Part shown: positions 12,005-24,039 of the stretch, in pieces
Numbering within the stretch: the stretch's first letter is position 1
How the letters are laid out: each line of letters begins with the position of its first letter
Assembly: GCF_963921235.1 (NCBI RefSeq)
Contig: NC_086097.1
Span: 238,392,001-238,456,000 of the forward strand
DNA length: 64,000 nucleotides
Direction: 5' to 3'
Source of the DNA: Mobula hypostoma
Taxonomy: Eukaryota
Made by a program: the position numbers and the translations under genes
The notes under the pieces: generated by a model
Databases searched by the model: none
What the model was told of the DNA's origin: nothing
Seen by the model: the letters and a program-made list of their open reading frames with translations, nothing else

Positions 12005-12140
12005 AAGACTCAAGAGATTCTGCAGATGCTGGAAATCTGAAGACGAAGACACCCCCCCCCCCCCCCGGAAGAACTCAGCAAGTCAGGCAGCATCTATAGA
12101 GGGGATAGAATGTTTCAGGCCAAGATCCTTCATCAGCACT
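12005..12140 (-). mobile_element. PLE pseudo-LTR fragment with hammerhead core
   Basis: Reverse complement of 12110-12136 reads CTGATGA-AGG-atcttgg-CCT-GAAAcatt. Confidence 0.65.
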
Positions 12141-12179
12141 CAGCAGGAATTTAGAGAGTCAGCAATATTACAAATACTG

Positions 12180-12640
12180 TTTCAAGTTTCATTATCATTG
12201 AACCATACACGAATACAGCCAAACAAAACATCAGCTCTCCGGGGCCAAGAACCAAAACACATTACCAACAGCACACTACACATAGCACAAATAGCACACA
12301 TTGTTACAATGTCAGTAAAACAGTTACAAAGAGAAAAGAACAATAATAAAGCCCAAGTCCCCGAGATGTCCTGTTCCAGCTGATTGTTCCACCAAATGAA
12401 CATTAGATGGCAGCACTGACCAGAGGGACTGGCCCCAACCCAATACAAAATCCAGCAGCACACTGCCAATTCCAGAGTCTCCTTCACCTGCAACAGCCAC
12501 CAGCAACTCTGAAGACCATGCAACAACCAAGGCAACACAGCTCCCTGGCTGTCAGTCTCTAGTGAATTGGACTTGAAGTATTTTACATTACCAGATGTCC
12601 AACAGGGGTTTGTGATGACAATACAAATGGTCAAGACAAT
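12180..12640 (-). mobile_element. Non-coding retroposon with a Rex1-type tail
   Basis: caagtttcattatcattgaaccatacacgaatacagccaaacaaaac resembles the tail of the Rex1 copy at 44715-44800. Confidence 0.5.
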
Positions 12641-12874
12641 TCACCACACCTTTCTTTTTGGACTAAGTCTCATATTGGCACAATGGTACGCAACAAGTCC
12701 AGGCGGCAACACAAAGGTACACAATAAGACCAGCTCCATCACTATCAAGCAACACATTGATGGGATAGTCCTGCGGTACTTGATGTTTTTGGTATCCAGG
12801 AATGACTTGCGATCATAAAAGAGACAATTACATGTACATAGATCATTCATATATATTCTCTCTCTCTCTCCCTC

Positions 12875-13275
12875 CCAAGGAACAGCATGTGCGCGAGTGG
12901 ATTTTAGGTGAGTAGCAGGTTGCACAGATCCAGACCCAGACCCAACCCTCTCGACATCCCCTCCCGGATCCAGTGGCATGATGGGGTTGAAGACGGCTGG
13001 GGGAAGTTCTGTTGCAGTAAATGGCCAGACCAAGCTTCGATGCAAGCAATGCCCTTTCCGTGCTTCACGGCGTGTGTTTGCTAGATGGCAGTTGATCCTA
13101 CGAGAGGGTTCACCGCCCTTTGACAGGTCTTGTTTTTCGTCCTGCAGGGTGTCTAGCCACCCTCCTCACCAGGCAAGCCTGGTGGGGGGAGCAGGTTTAG
13201 TCGCCGACTACCCGACCATGCGACAGGTAGTACTGGGTTACATGGTACCAGTAGCACTCAGACCAGTGACCTGAC
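12875..13275 (-). mobile_element. CpG-rich retroposon segment, probably an RTE-clade 5' UTR
   Basis: GC/CpG-rich island with no credible ORF; resembles RTE-type 5' UTRs from recall only. Confidence 0.4.
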
Positions 13276-13314
13276 AAGATTGTATACATGTCATGACTAG
13301 ATAGGTGACTATTA

Positions 13315-13515
13315 GGGGCAGCACACAAGTGTCGTGGTTAGTACAACGCTGTACAGTCCGGAGACTGGTTCATTTCCTGCCACTGCCCAGTGCACATTGT
13401 TTCTGCATGGGTTTCCTCCCACAGTCCAAAGATAGATTCATTGTCAATTGTCCTGTGATTAGGCTAGGGTTAAATCAGGGTTGTTGGGTGGCACACCTTT
13501 GCTCAATAAGTAAAT
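13315..13515 (+). mobile_element. tRNA-derived V-domain SINE (HE1-like)
   Basis: tRNA-like head followed by the V-domain core catgggtttcctcccacagtccaaaga. Confidence 0.7.
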
Positions 13516-14184
13516 AGGGAACAAGTATCGCATCCATTTAATTAAACGAGCTTGGGAAAATTAAACAAGAAAAATAATAATTCTACACCATAATTTAACT
13601 GCACTTTATTCTGCATTGTTATTGTTTTACCTTATTCTAGTTCAGTGCACTGTGTAATTACTTGATCAGTTTAATTAGTATGCAAGATAAGCTTTACATT
13701 GCATCTTGGCACATGTGACAATAATAAACCAATATCAATCTTGCCAGTGTTCCCCACCAGCACATGACGTTGCACGAGTCCTTCTGGACCAAGTCAGAGA
13801 GATGCAGCGTTGAAATCGGCTCCTCAGCCTGCACCAACCATCCGAAACCCATTTCAATGCTAATCCTGTCCTAACCCACTTTACTTTTTACAAGTACTCA
13901 CTGGAGCACCTTGTGTGAGATTTAACATATCGGTTTGTTCTCCTATATGAAGTATGATCTTTTAAAAAAATCATTGAAGACAAATCTACAATCCAATCGT
14001 GGCAGAGATAAATAACTAAGGCGCAAATTAAAGTGAAGAAACTCTCCGGTATGTGACTGGTGACAAAAAACAAGACTCCTTATGGTTAACAATCAGTGTG
14101 AAGGAGGTATCACAACAGTACCTATTCCAGATTGAGCTCACTTCAACTGTTACAGCAGCTTCACAACAGATATGTACACAAAAC

Positions 14185-14545
14185 CATATGATATAAGAGA
14201 AGAATAAGGCCTTTCAATCATGGCTGATTTATTTTTCCCTCAACTCCATTCTCTTGCCTCCTTTTCGTAAACCTTTAACACCCTTACTAATCTAGGACCC
14301 ATCAACCACTTTAAAAATACAATGACTTGGTTTCCACTGTCACCTGTGACAATGAATTCCATAGATCCACCACTCTCCAGCTGAAGGATTTCTTCCACAT
14401 CCCTGTTCCAAAGGGACATCCTTCTATTCTGAGGCGGTATTCTCTGGTCCTTGACTCTCCCACCATTGGAAACATACTCTCCATGTCCATCTATCAAAGA
14501 CTTTCAATACTTGATAGATTTCCAATGAGATTTCCCCCATTCTTC
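14185..14545 (-). mobile_element. CR1 LINE 3' fragment
   Basis: gaattccatagatccaccactctc...ggaaacatactctccatgtcca. Confidence 0.8.
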
Positions 14546-15928
14546 ACATCTACATGGAAAGGCACAAGTGAAGCAAGTAAATTAAAACAAACCTGTTAGC
14601 CAAAAACAAAGAATTTGCACATCAAGCCCAACTTGAATAATGAAGAGAAAAGGAGATGGCTATTCTGCTTCCCGTCTGCATTGAACTTAGCCAAGGGAAT
14701 AATTTCCCTTTCCCTGCACTTATCCAAGGCTATACCAAGTGCTAAATAAACTCAGGAAGACTAAGTTCTACTGATGGCTCAAACGTGGAAGCCAGCAAGG
14801 AAGCAAACAAACAGATTGTGTTTTCAGTTGACAGAAAGACTGCATTTGAAAATATAAACACCAAGATCCCAGGCTTACTTTAACTTAAATGGAACAGAAT
14901 CAATAACATTTACCAGCACGACTGGGATTGTAATTTCTGGATATCGAAGTAAATAAATGCAATGTACACTAGTTTTACAGTACCTATATGCTGTATGAGG
15001 AGTGACGCCCCACACAGACTTCCAATCTGCGCCTTGTAAGGCATGAAAATGCCCGACGCAGGCCTCTCATGGTCTGAGTCGACATTCCCTATATTTATAT
15101 AGAGATTTTTAAAAAAATAAACCATTATTACAGCAACTGTTGCATTTTTCTTCAAGGAGACTGAAATTTGCTTATGCCAAGAGCTAATCAGCAAGGCCAG
15201 TTAAATGCCAAAGCAGCAAGTTGAAAACCTAACCCTATATTCTTTTTCTGAACAGAATTATTAGAATTACAAATATTTTTAATGCTTTAATTTAAATGTC
15301 CAACTGGTTTTGACAAACATCTCCCATTCAATTATATTAACAAAGCTGTCTTCATTTTTATATTTTTTGTTCCATATGAAGTGATTCTAGAGAAAACTCC
15401 AGATCCCTTGCTAACTTTTTATAATTCATTAGCCATAATGTAAAATATCAATGAATCTGACTTTTTCATTTCACCATTAGTCACATGATGCATTCTCATT
15501 GCTCCATTTTGACTGTCACTGTATGTCAGAAGCTCAATGATGGTATAACTTACTACTTTAAAAGAACGGTTCTTTAAAGATAACTTATGAACAATTCGCT
15601 GCATTCCATTCTAATATTATTGTGCAATGATTTATTTTAAAACACTCAATCCTGTTCTTGGTTTTTAAACTCTTGTATTGATTTGCTCAGTCATAATTTA
15701 ATCAACTATGATTGTTTCACAAAACTGGGGTAAAACAAAAACAGTAATTAGAAGTGGAGCAAATGCTAAGCAAATTGCTGAATGAACAGGTTGACAGGAG
15801 AAGTGTTTGATGACTCTGGGCCTGTACTCACTAGGGTTTAGAAGCATGGGGGGTGGGGGGGGGAGCAGGGAATGCAGAATTTGAATCTGGTTTAAGATCA
15901 CTGGCATACTGTATGTCATGAACCTCTA

Positions 15929-16338
15929 AGGGGACCACAACCTTGTCGTGGTTTGGAGGCTTGTGTGCCTCAAAAACCTAGAGAGCAATGTTGAATGGAG
16001 CAGGGCTATATGCTTTGGCTCCTGATAGGGTCACCCATGCCAAACAGGTCAAAGGGTAGAGGCCAGACTAAGAGCAGTCCACCCCTCTTCCAGGTTTGGG
16101 AGTTCAGCTAAGGGCCAACAACCCTAACTGTCCAGACAAAATTGTCACAGAAACAGCAATGAAGAATCCTACATCTGAGTGTGACACATTCCCAAGTCTC
16201 CACCCTGGACTTGAATGACTGACGGTAGTGAAAACAGAGAAGAAGCAACTGACATGATGAAGGAAGTCATGAACACTGCCAGAGATACAGGACCTTCATT
16301 GCTGCCCTTAATGCTAGCTACGTAATGGGCAATAAGTA
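15929..16338 (+). mobile_element. Short non-autonomous RTE-like retroposon (5' UTR joined to 3' tail) within a CR1 relic
   Basis: Starts ggggaccacaaccttgtcgtggtttggagg and ends cttcattgctgcccttaatgc...gggcaataagta, with no ORF. CR1 sequence lies on both sides (15800-15850 and 16358-16745). Confidence 0.5.
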
Positions 16339-16357
16339 TATGTCTTGAAATTTGTTC

Positions 16358-16745
16358 ATTGAAACCTATCAAATATTGAAAGGTCGAGATAGAGTGGACC
16401 TGGGGAGGATGTTTCCCCACAGTGGGTGAGTCTAGGATCAGAGAGGGCACAGCTTCTGAATACAAGGACATCCATTTAGAACAGAGATGAGGAGCAATTC
16501 CTTTTGCCAGGGGATAGCGAATCTATGATATTTATGCCACAGACAACTGTGGAAGCCAAGTGAGAGGGTATATTTAAAACTGAGATTGATAGGCTCTTGA
16601 TTAGAAAGGGTGTCAAAGTTTATGGAGAGGAGGCAGGGGAATGGGCTCGAGTGTGATAATAAAATCAGCCATGATGGAAAGATGAAATGATGGAACACAT
16701 TCAATAGGGCAAATGGCCTAATACTGCTCCCATGTCTTATGGTTA
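16358..16745 (+). mobile_element. CR1 LINE 3' fragment
   Basis: cattgaaacctatcaaatattgaaagg...tgctcccatgtcttatggt tail. Confidence 0.8.
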
Positions 16746-17489
16746 ATACGCAAATTGTGTCAATTTAAAAATGCATGTACATCTTATAAACATCCTCTTT
16801 TGTTGTAAAATAAAATAATTAGACAAGATGATCTGTTTGGTAGGGGTGGAGGAGTAGCTGTGAGCTTTCTCATTTTATGTGGCTGTTGCCAGGAGCTAAT
16901 ATGAAAGTAAGTAATAATGTTTCTCCTCAGAACCTAGAGAAAATGAGCATTGCTGTTATCTCTGGAAGATTTGCCTAATCTCAGTCATTAAAAGGCTGTA
17001 GCAAATTTAATGGCAGGCACACAACCCTGGGGTATAGTAATAGAAACCTATTCATACTCAAATAAAGATACTAAAAATGTCAAGCACATTACAGTTCAAT
17101 AAAATTTGTAAAAGAGTTATTGCCAGGTTATTTAAAAACAGAAGAAGGGTCTAAGTAAAATTAAGTGACTGTAGTGGCCGCCATTGCCATAAAGAATGGG
17201 AACAGAATTAGGCCATACGGCCCATCGAGACTGCTCCTCTATTCCATCATGGCCAATTTATTATCCTCAACTCCATTCTCCTGCCTTCTCCTCATAACCT
17301 TTGACATTCTGATTAATCAGGGACCGATCATCCTCCACCTTACCCCTTTATCAGGCTTGTTTTAACTCACATTGGATAGCTCAAGTAGTCTTACAATTTA
17401 AAAAAAAAATTGTTTTGAATGAATATCTATTTGCCAAAGAGTTATACGGCACAGAAATAGGCCCTTTGGCCCATCTCTCTCGTCCCGAC

Positions 17490-20400
17490 TGTTGTCTGTG
17501 CACAACCACATACAGAGTGCAAGCGAGCGCGTGTGTAGACAGCAGATCAACACGGAGTACAGGAGGTGGGTCATTGCTCTAAAAGCAATAGATCTATTAC
17601 ACTTCCTCCTTCAGATTAATGGAACATTAACTGTATATGTACACAACATACAATTTCCCTTTCATAAACACATATTCCAAATAAACATCCTTTCACAATG
17701 ACAGTCTTGTGACTAACTTCACAGTTCTAAATGCTCAGCCTTTTGGGTGGCACTTTGTCTCTTTCTGGATAGTGCATCAGGTTTGCCAGGTGTCTTGTCA
17801 ACAATAACGTTCTCATCGCGCCTCTGGACCTGTGCAGTGGCATCAGGTTTGGTAGATGTCTTGTCTAAGACAATGTTCTTGGTTGCCGGTGTCCCATTGC
17901 TGTTATTGACATCATCACTGAGAGGCAAGTCCAGTGACTGTCATGTCTCCATCTTGTTGCATGTAATCGTCTCAGATGTGTCCTTCAGTTGAGCATCCAG
18001 TATCTGATCCACTTGATGTCTCCATGTCTGAACTCCATCATCCACTATGTACGTCACTGGTCCTGTTCTTGTAGCTGGTTGTCCACTTGCCTTCTCAGTT
18101 ATCACACGGTAGGACTTTCTGTCCAATCTTGAAGCTCCTTGCTGCTTCACTTGACAACTGGCTGAACTGTTTATTCTGCACTTCCCTCCAGAGCTCTGAT
18201 TTCAGGGGGTCTATGCGAGATCTCAGATTCCTGCTCACGAACTGCATTGCAGGTGTTTGATTTGTCTTCACACGAACAGAGTTCCAATGCACAAAAAGGA
18301 AGTTGTCCACCTTGTGCTGTAGAGAAATCTCCTTGTCCATCACTTTAGCGGATTTCTTGAAGGTTTGGATAAACCTTTCAGCTAACCCAATCATTGCTGG
18401 ATGGTGAGGAGTTGAATTGAAATATCTAATGCCATTTTTCATAAATTTTTCTTCTGATGTGGATCATAGTCCATTGTCATTCTCAATTTTTTCCAGTAGG
18501 CCAGTTCTGGCAAAGATAATCTTCAGAGTAGAGACAGTCTTTGCTGACGTGGTTGACTTCATTGGTATGACCTCCTACCACTTCGAATGAGCATCCACAA
18601 CAATTAGAAAAATGGAATCCATGAACGGCATCTTTGACGTGGTGACAATGGCCAAAACAGTGCCTGTGAGAGTGCAGTTTGATCTTCTTGGCATCCCAAA
18701 AAGCTTCAAGCCATGTCTTCAATCTGTTTATCTTTTCCCTTCTCAAGACCTTCTGACTAGCATTAAGCAGCTTTGACAGCCTCTGGTTAGTTCTACCATT
18801 TGGACTGCAGTTGTCTGTTGATGCCACACTGACAGCTTTGATTGAATGCCCGTCTAGTTGGATTTTTCTCAACTGTTCACATCCAAAAAGTGCTGGCCCT
18901 CCACTTTTCAATACATAAAGTTCCAACTGCTGTGTTTGGCCTCCATATGCCACATTGACCTTCAGTTTGCCTTTGGGAGACACTTTTTTTTTTTTTTTTT
19001 TTTTATTACCAGTGTAGGTCTTTAGCAACACCGAGCTCTTCTCTAATGGCATCTTAGATAACAGTCTGTTGTAGTCAGCCTCTGAAGTTATCGACAAAGC
19101 TGACCCTGTATCCAGCTCCATTTTCAGTTTTACGCCAGACACATCTATTGTGATCTATATTACATTGCTATCGGTTTGAGCAATACTGTGCAGTTCTAGG
19201 CATGATAGCTCACCTTTGTCAGACTCTATGTTATCTGATTTTATTTTACATTTGGTATTTTTATGCATTTGTTTAGTTTTGTGTCTGAGACTTTTTCCAC
19301 TCAGTTGTGCTTTTTGTCTGCCAAGCACACTCTCTGTATGACCTTGTCTGTGACACTTTCTGCCTACTTTTTCCTTGAACCAACAGTCATTTGCATCATG
19401 GGAGGATTTGCCACATTGATAATATTTTTGACTTTTTGCACCATTCAAGAACACTTTCATATTCTAACCTCTTTCTGTAGTTCTGCTACATCCTTTGCTG
19501 CAGTTTCTAACAATATTGTAATGGTGAATTCCCATTCTAAGGTTAGGTCCCTTTCTGTCAGTAGCTTCTTTTGAGTGCTTTGACCATGCATGCCACATAC
19601 AAGCCTGACCCTTAATGCATCAGAAAGCCCATCTCTAAAGTCACAGTTTTGGAAAAGTTTGTGCAGTTCTGTAATATATTGAGAAACGCTTTCTTCCTTT
19701 GACTGGCTCCTTTTGTAAAACCTAAATCTCTCAGCTATTACCAGCTGTTTAGAGCTCAAGTTATTTTGTAGAATTGCAACAAATTTGTTGAACGTCTTAG
19801 TTGCTTGCTGGCTTTTCAGGGGTTACAAGGTTGCTTAAAAGACTATACATTCTTGCACCCATTAAGCTAAGGGTAGTGCATTCGTTTTATCCTCCACGTT
19901 ATTCATGTTACAATACAGTTCAACACTCTCAATATACGATTTTCCAGCCTTCCTTAGCACTATTAAATTTGTCACCCTTCTTGACTGAAGCTATTGTCAT
20001 GTTATTTTCACTGGAAATTCAGCATGTCTTTCACTGTTACTATGCACTGTACTCATGTATTTGTCAGTGTCTGTGACAGCTTTCTCATGCTGTTGAACTC
20101 TTGCTATTTCATCCCATAGTTGTTGATCCATTTGGTGATATTATCTGACATTCGGATCCCATCCTCATCGCCAATTTGTTGCGTTGGTGCAAAACTACAC
20201 AAGACCTTAAGACATAAGAGCAGAATTAGGCTAATCCATCATGGTTGATCCCAGATCCCACTCATCCCTATACACCTGCCTTCTCACCATATCTTTTGAT
20301 GCCCTGACCGATCAGCAAACGGTCAACTTCTGCCTTAACTGTACCCACGGACTTGGCCTCCACCTCAGTCTGTGGCAGAGCATTCTACGGATTCACTACT

Positions 20401-21021
20401 CTCTGGCAAAAAAAAACCTCCTTGCCCGTGTTCCAAAAAGTCGACCCTTAATTTTGAGGCCGTGTCCTCTAGTTTGGGATACCCCCACCATAGGAAACAT
20501 CTTCCCCACATCCATCCTATCTAGTCCTTTCAGCATTCGGTAGGTTTCAATGTGATCACCCCACATTCCTCAAAGTTCCAGTGAGTACAGGCCCAAAGCT
20601 GCCAAATGTTCTTCATACGTTAACCGTTTCATTCCTGGAATCATTCTCATGAACCTCCTCTGAACTCTTTCCAATGACAATACATCGTTTCTGAGATATG
20701 GGGTCCAATACTGTTGACAATACCTCAAGTGCGGCCTGACCAGTGTCTTATAAATGCTTTGCATTATCTCCTTGCTTTTATATCCTATTCTCCTTTAACT
20801 AAATGCCAAGATTGCATTAAATAAACATGTATATTTTATAAAGGCACGCACTTGGGAGATGGATTTAACTGGTGTTTCATATTGCAGTGAGAGAGAGAGA
20901 GAGAGAGAGAAAGATAGAGAGAAAGAAAGAGAGAACAATGTGCATGTGTAGACAACAGATTAATATATAGCGCTGGGGGGAGGGGCAGGTCACTGCTCTA
21001 GAAGTAGATCCATACATTACA
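17490..21021 (-). mobile_element. Gypsy-type LTR retrotransposon 2 (gag-protease-integrase; RT/RNaseH deleted)
   Basis: LTRs at 17490-17601 and 20177-21021. PPT at 17602-17612; PBS-like TGGCGATGAGG at 20163-20173; TSD CCGAC/CTGAC. Gag IAERFRFYKRSQ, zinc knuckles CGKSSHDANDC, protease ELDTGSA, integrase PFMDSIFLIVVDAHSKW and HPAMIGLAERFIQTFK. Confidence 0.9.
20206..20820 (-). mobile_element. CR1 LINE 3' fragment inserted in the 5' LTR of Gypsy 2
   Basis: ORF 20570-20764: YKTLVRPHLRYC..W.PYLRND..LERVQRRF. Confidence 0.88.
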
Positions 21022-21504
21022 CTGACCAAACTGCTTTCTTGAGCTACTCTTTTGCCTGTGTTTAGCCCACAGACTAATCGTTTTCTTTCCAGGTACTTGT
21101 ACAAAAGCCTTTTTAACATTGTATCTGTTCTAACCACATCTAGCAACTCATTCTATAAACATAACTGAGTGAAAAACTTATCCCTCAAATCACCCTTTAA
21201 ATGTTTCCCCTCTCATCTTAAAAGCATACCCTCTAGTTTTTGACACACTTTCCCTGAGGTAAAAGGCACTCACCTTGTTTTTGCTTCTCATGCTTTTATA
21301 CAGACCTGTTTGGTTCAAAGTAATTTTATAAACCAAAGTATATACCACTATTCAATTTCTTGCAGGCATTTGCAGTAGTACAAAGAAATATAATTGAATC
21401 AATGAAAGACTGCACATAAATACTGACAGAACAATGTGCAATAGATGTGCAAATACAAAAAAATACTGAGAACATGAGTTGTAAAGTCCTTGAAGGCAAG
21501 TTCA

Positions 21505-21770
21505 TTGGTCATGCAGCCTTCTTGCCGTTACCGCCAGGGAGGAGGTACAGAAGCCTAAAGGCGCACACTCAGTGATTCAGGAACAGCTTCTTCCCCTCTG
21601 CCATCATGATTTCTGAATGGACATTGAACCCATGAATGGTAGCTCATTTTTGTTTCTAATATTATTTGTTTTTCCACTATTTAATATACATACTTACTGT
21701 AATTTTTTTTCCATATATTTATCAAGTACTTTACTGCTGTCACTAGGCTAACAAATTTCATGACACAATC
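21505..21770 (+). mobile_element. Rex1-type 3' fragment
   Basis: ccagggaggaggtacagaagcctaaag...ttcaggaacagcttcttcccctctgccatc (GRRYRSL...FRNSFFPSAI). Confidence 0.75.
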
Positions 21771-22199
21771 AGAATGAGATTTAATATCACTGGCATCTGT
21801 AGGACCAGTTCAGAGTTGAGGTAAGTGAAGCTGTTCCTGCTGTTTCAGGAGGCTCAAGGGTAATAACCGTTGTTGAACTTGGTGGTGTGGGATGCAAGGC
21901 TCCCGCACCTCCTGTCTGATCGCAGCAGATAGGAGAAACCAAAAACAGTCCCAGTCTGTCCAGGGTCTCCATATAACTGAAGTCCACTAATCTCAGCAAC
22001 TTCCTTGTGAATTATTTCTGGAGAAAGGAGTCCCACCATCAGCTAGTTATGACATCAGTACTGAAGACTGATTGACCTTTGGACTTCAAAAGTGAGAGAT
22101 TTAAAGCCAAGTGGCAAAAAGTGTCCACTGGGGAGGTTAAAGGCCATTGCCTGAGAGTCCACTGGTGGTCCAGAGACCAGTTATGGGGTTGGAAGACTT

Positions 22200-22335
<136 letters not shown>

Positions 22336-22619
22336 CGGTGAATGCAGGCTCGATTTCACTATTTAAGATAAATTTGGATAAATACTTGGATGAGGGGGGT
22401 ATGGAGGGCTATGGCATTGGTCCAGGTCAATGGGACAAGGTACTGTAGGTAAACATTTCAGCATGGATTAGACGGCCAAAGGCCTGTTTCTGTGCTGCAG
22501 AATTATATGACTTTATGGGCCTTTAGGTCTCTGTTCTCCAACATTTCTCTGGAACCTACCATGTGCTTGGGGTATAATTTTACAAAATGCATCATGTTGT
22601 ACTTTTTTTAAAAAAGTAG

Positions 22620-22940
22620 TTAAATTCCACCTGCCTTTCCTTTGTCAATTTTCCCGGTTGGCCTTGATCTGGTTGTAAACTTGGACAATATTCTCTATTT
22701 TCCACCACAACATCAATTTTGATGTCACCCACAAACTTACTAATCATCCCATCTACATTCTCATCCAAATTATTTATGACGAACAAGGGAAGTAGAACCA
22801 ATCCCTGGTTCTACTAGTCACAGGTTTTAAGCTGACACAACTCCCTCGGACTTCTTCCTCCAAGCCAAATTTACATTCAATTGGCTAGCTCACTATATAA
22901 TTTCACCTGCCAGACCCACCTACCACACAGGGCCTTGCAA
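22620..22940 (-). mobile_element. CR1 RT-domain fragment
   Basis: ORF 22592-22801: LFVINNLDENVDGMISKFVGDIKI, a decayed form of INDLD..ISKFADDTKI. Confidence 0.75.
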
Positions 22941-23639
22941 AACTCTTTCTTCCAGTGTTTTTACTTGCTGCATTTGTTCACAAGATGAAGACTGTGCTTT
23001 CGTGACCAGTATTTAACACTGATGTTAATTGTCCTCAATAAAAGAGCTGTCTTATAGGACTATTTCACTAATGAAAATGCTTTCACAGGGCTGGTCAATT
23101 GGTAATTTCAAGATTCTGACATTGTGGCATTGAAAGAATGGTGATATATTTCTGAAACAGGACACTTATATAGCTTAAGTGCTTCTTGCTAATTACTTGC
23201 CAAGGTTTACCTACATTTCTGGCACAACCTTTTTCATTTGCATGGTGAAAAAAACAGTTGATGCTAGTACACCATCCAGAGGAATTCTTGAAACTGTATC
23301 CTCTGACATCTTGAACTGTTTTACTTGGTTAAAGGGTACAACTTTAATCATTAGAGAGCTCACCCACTCAATCCCTGTTGATTTCACACGAGCTTTGGGA
23401 CGGCTGATAGAGCGTCTGCTCCCACTCTCAGACATCATGTTTCACTATCCAGGCAATCAAATATGCAAAATTCCCACATTTCCAGTGTATGCTTTTCTGG
23501 TGATGCTCAGTTTATACCACAGAGCTTGTTTTACTGTCCACTTTAATAGTGTCTGTCTGCACACTCTACCACACAGCATAAATCTAAATAGGATTATAGG
23601 CATGTTTGCATGCTCTTAGCTTTCCTCTTGCCACCTAAA

Positions 23640-23850
23640 ACTCAAAATACATCTTACGCCACACACCTCACCTGATTTCACTTTATTACTTGTCTTCTTT
23701 CACACCTTCCCCCTACCCCCCACCTTCTTATCCTTGTTTCTTCCTCCTTCCTTTCCAGTCCTGATGAAGAGTCCCAGCCTGAAATGGCAACTCATTATTA
23801 ACCTTCAGCGATGGTGCCTGACCTGCTAAGTTCCTCCATCACTTTGTGTG
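23640..23850 (+). mobile_element. PLE 3' end/pseudo-LTR with hammerhead core
   Basis: Pyrimidine-rich UTR followed by cagtc-CTGATGA-agagtcccagcct-GAAA (23756-23784) and gcctgacctgctaagttcctcca. Confidence 0.65.
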
Positions 23851-24039
23851 AATTACTTTAAACCTCATGATATTTTTCAGCTTACAGTTTCTACATACAA
23901 TGAAAATGGAGCAGTAACAACTACTTGCTATTGCTTTCAGTCATGGCTACTCTCTCCAGTTCAAATTTGGATCAAAAACATACTCAAAAGTAGGGAAGTA
24001 TATATACAATTGATTTACAATTTCCCCAATAACCTGTTT

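Larger units (their letters stand above)
17440..21300 (-). mobile_element. Old CR1 3' fragment split by Gypsy element 2 (CR1 parts at 17440-17489 and 21022-21300)
   Basis: The CR1 tail (cacagaaataggccctttggcccatc) continues after the Gypsy as ctgaccaaactg...gtgaaaaacttatccctcaaatc. Confidence 0.7.

Noticed and set aside
12641..12845. Signal-peptide-like minus-strand ORF segment (MELVLLCTFVLPPGLVAY)
   Set aside because: Weak donor, no recognisable homology, and flanked by repeats.
15553..15610. Possible 57-nt minus-strand exon (NGMQRIVHKLSLKNRSFKV) with a GTAAGT donor
   Set aside because: The acceptor has no polypyrimidine tract, the peptide is unrecognised, and no partner exons were found.
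15929..15990. HDV-like ribozyme at the 5' end of RTE-like pieces (also ~13180-13275)
   Set aside because: Such ribozymes are known in some RTE elements, but I could not build a convincing nested double pseudoknot by eye.
23179..23619. 146-aa plus-strand ORF
   Set aside because: Non-ATG start and no recognisable domain; a chance ORF of this length is plausible in 64 kb.
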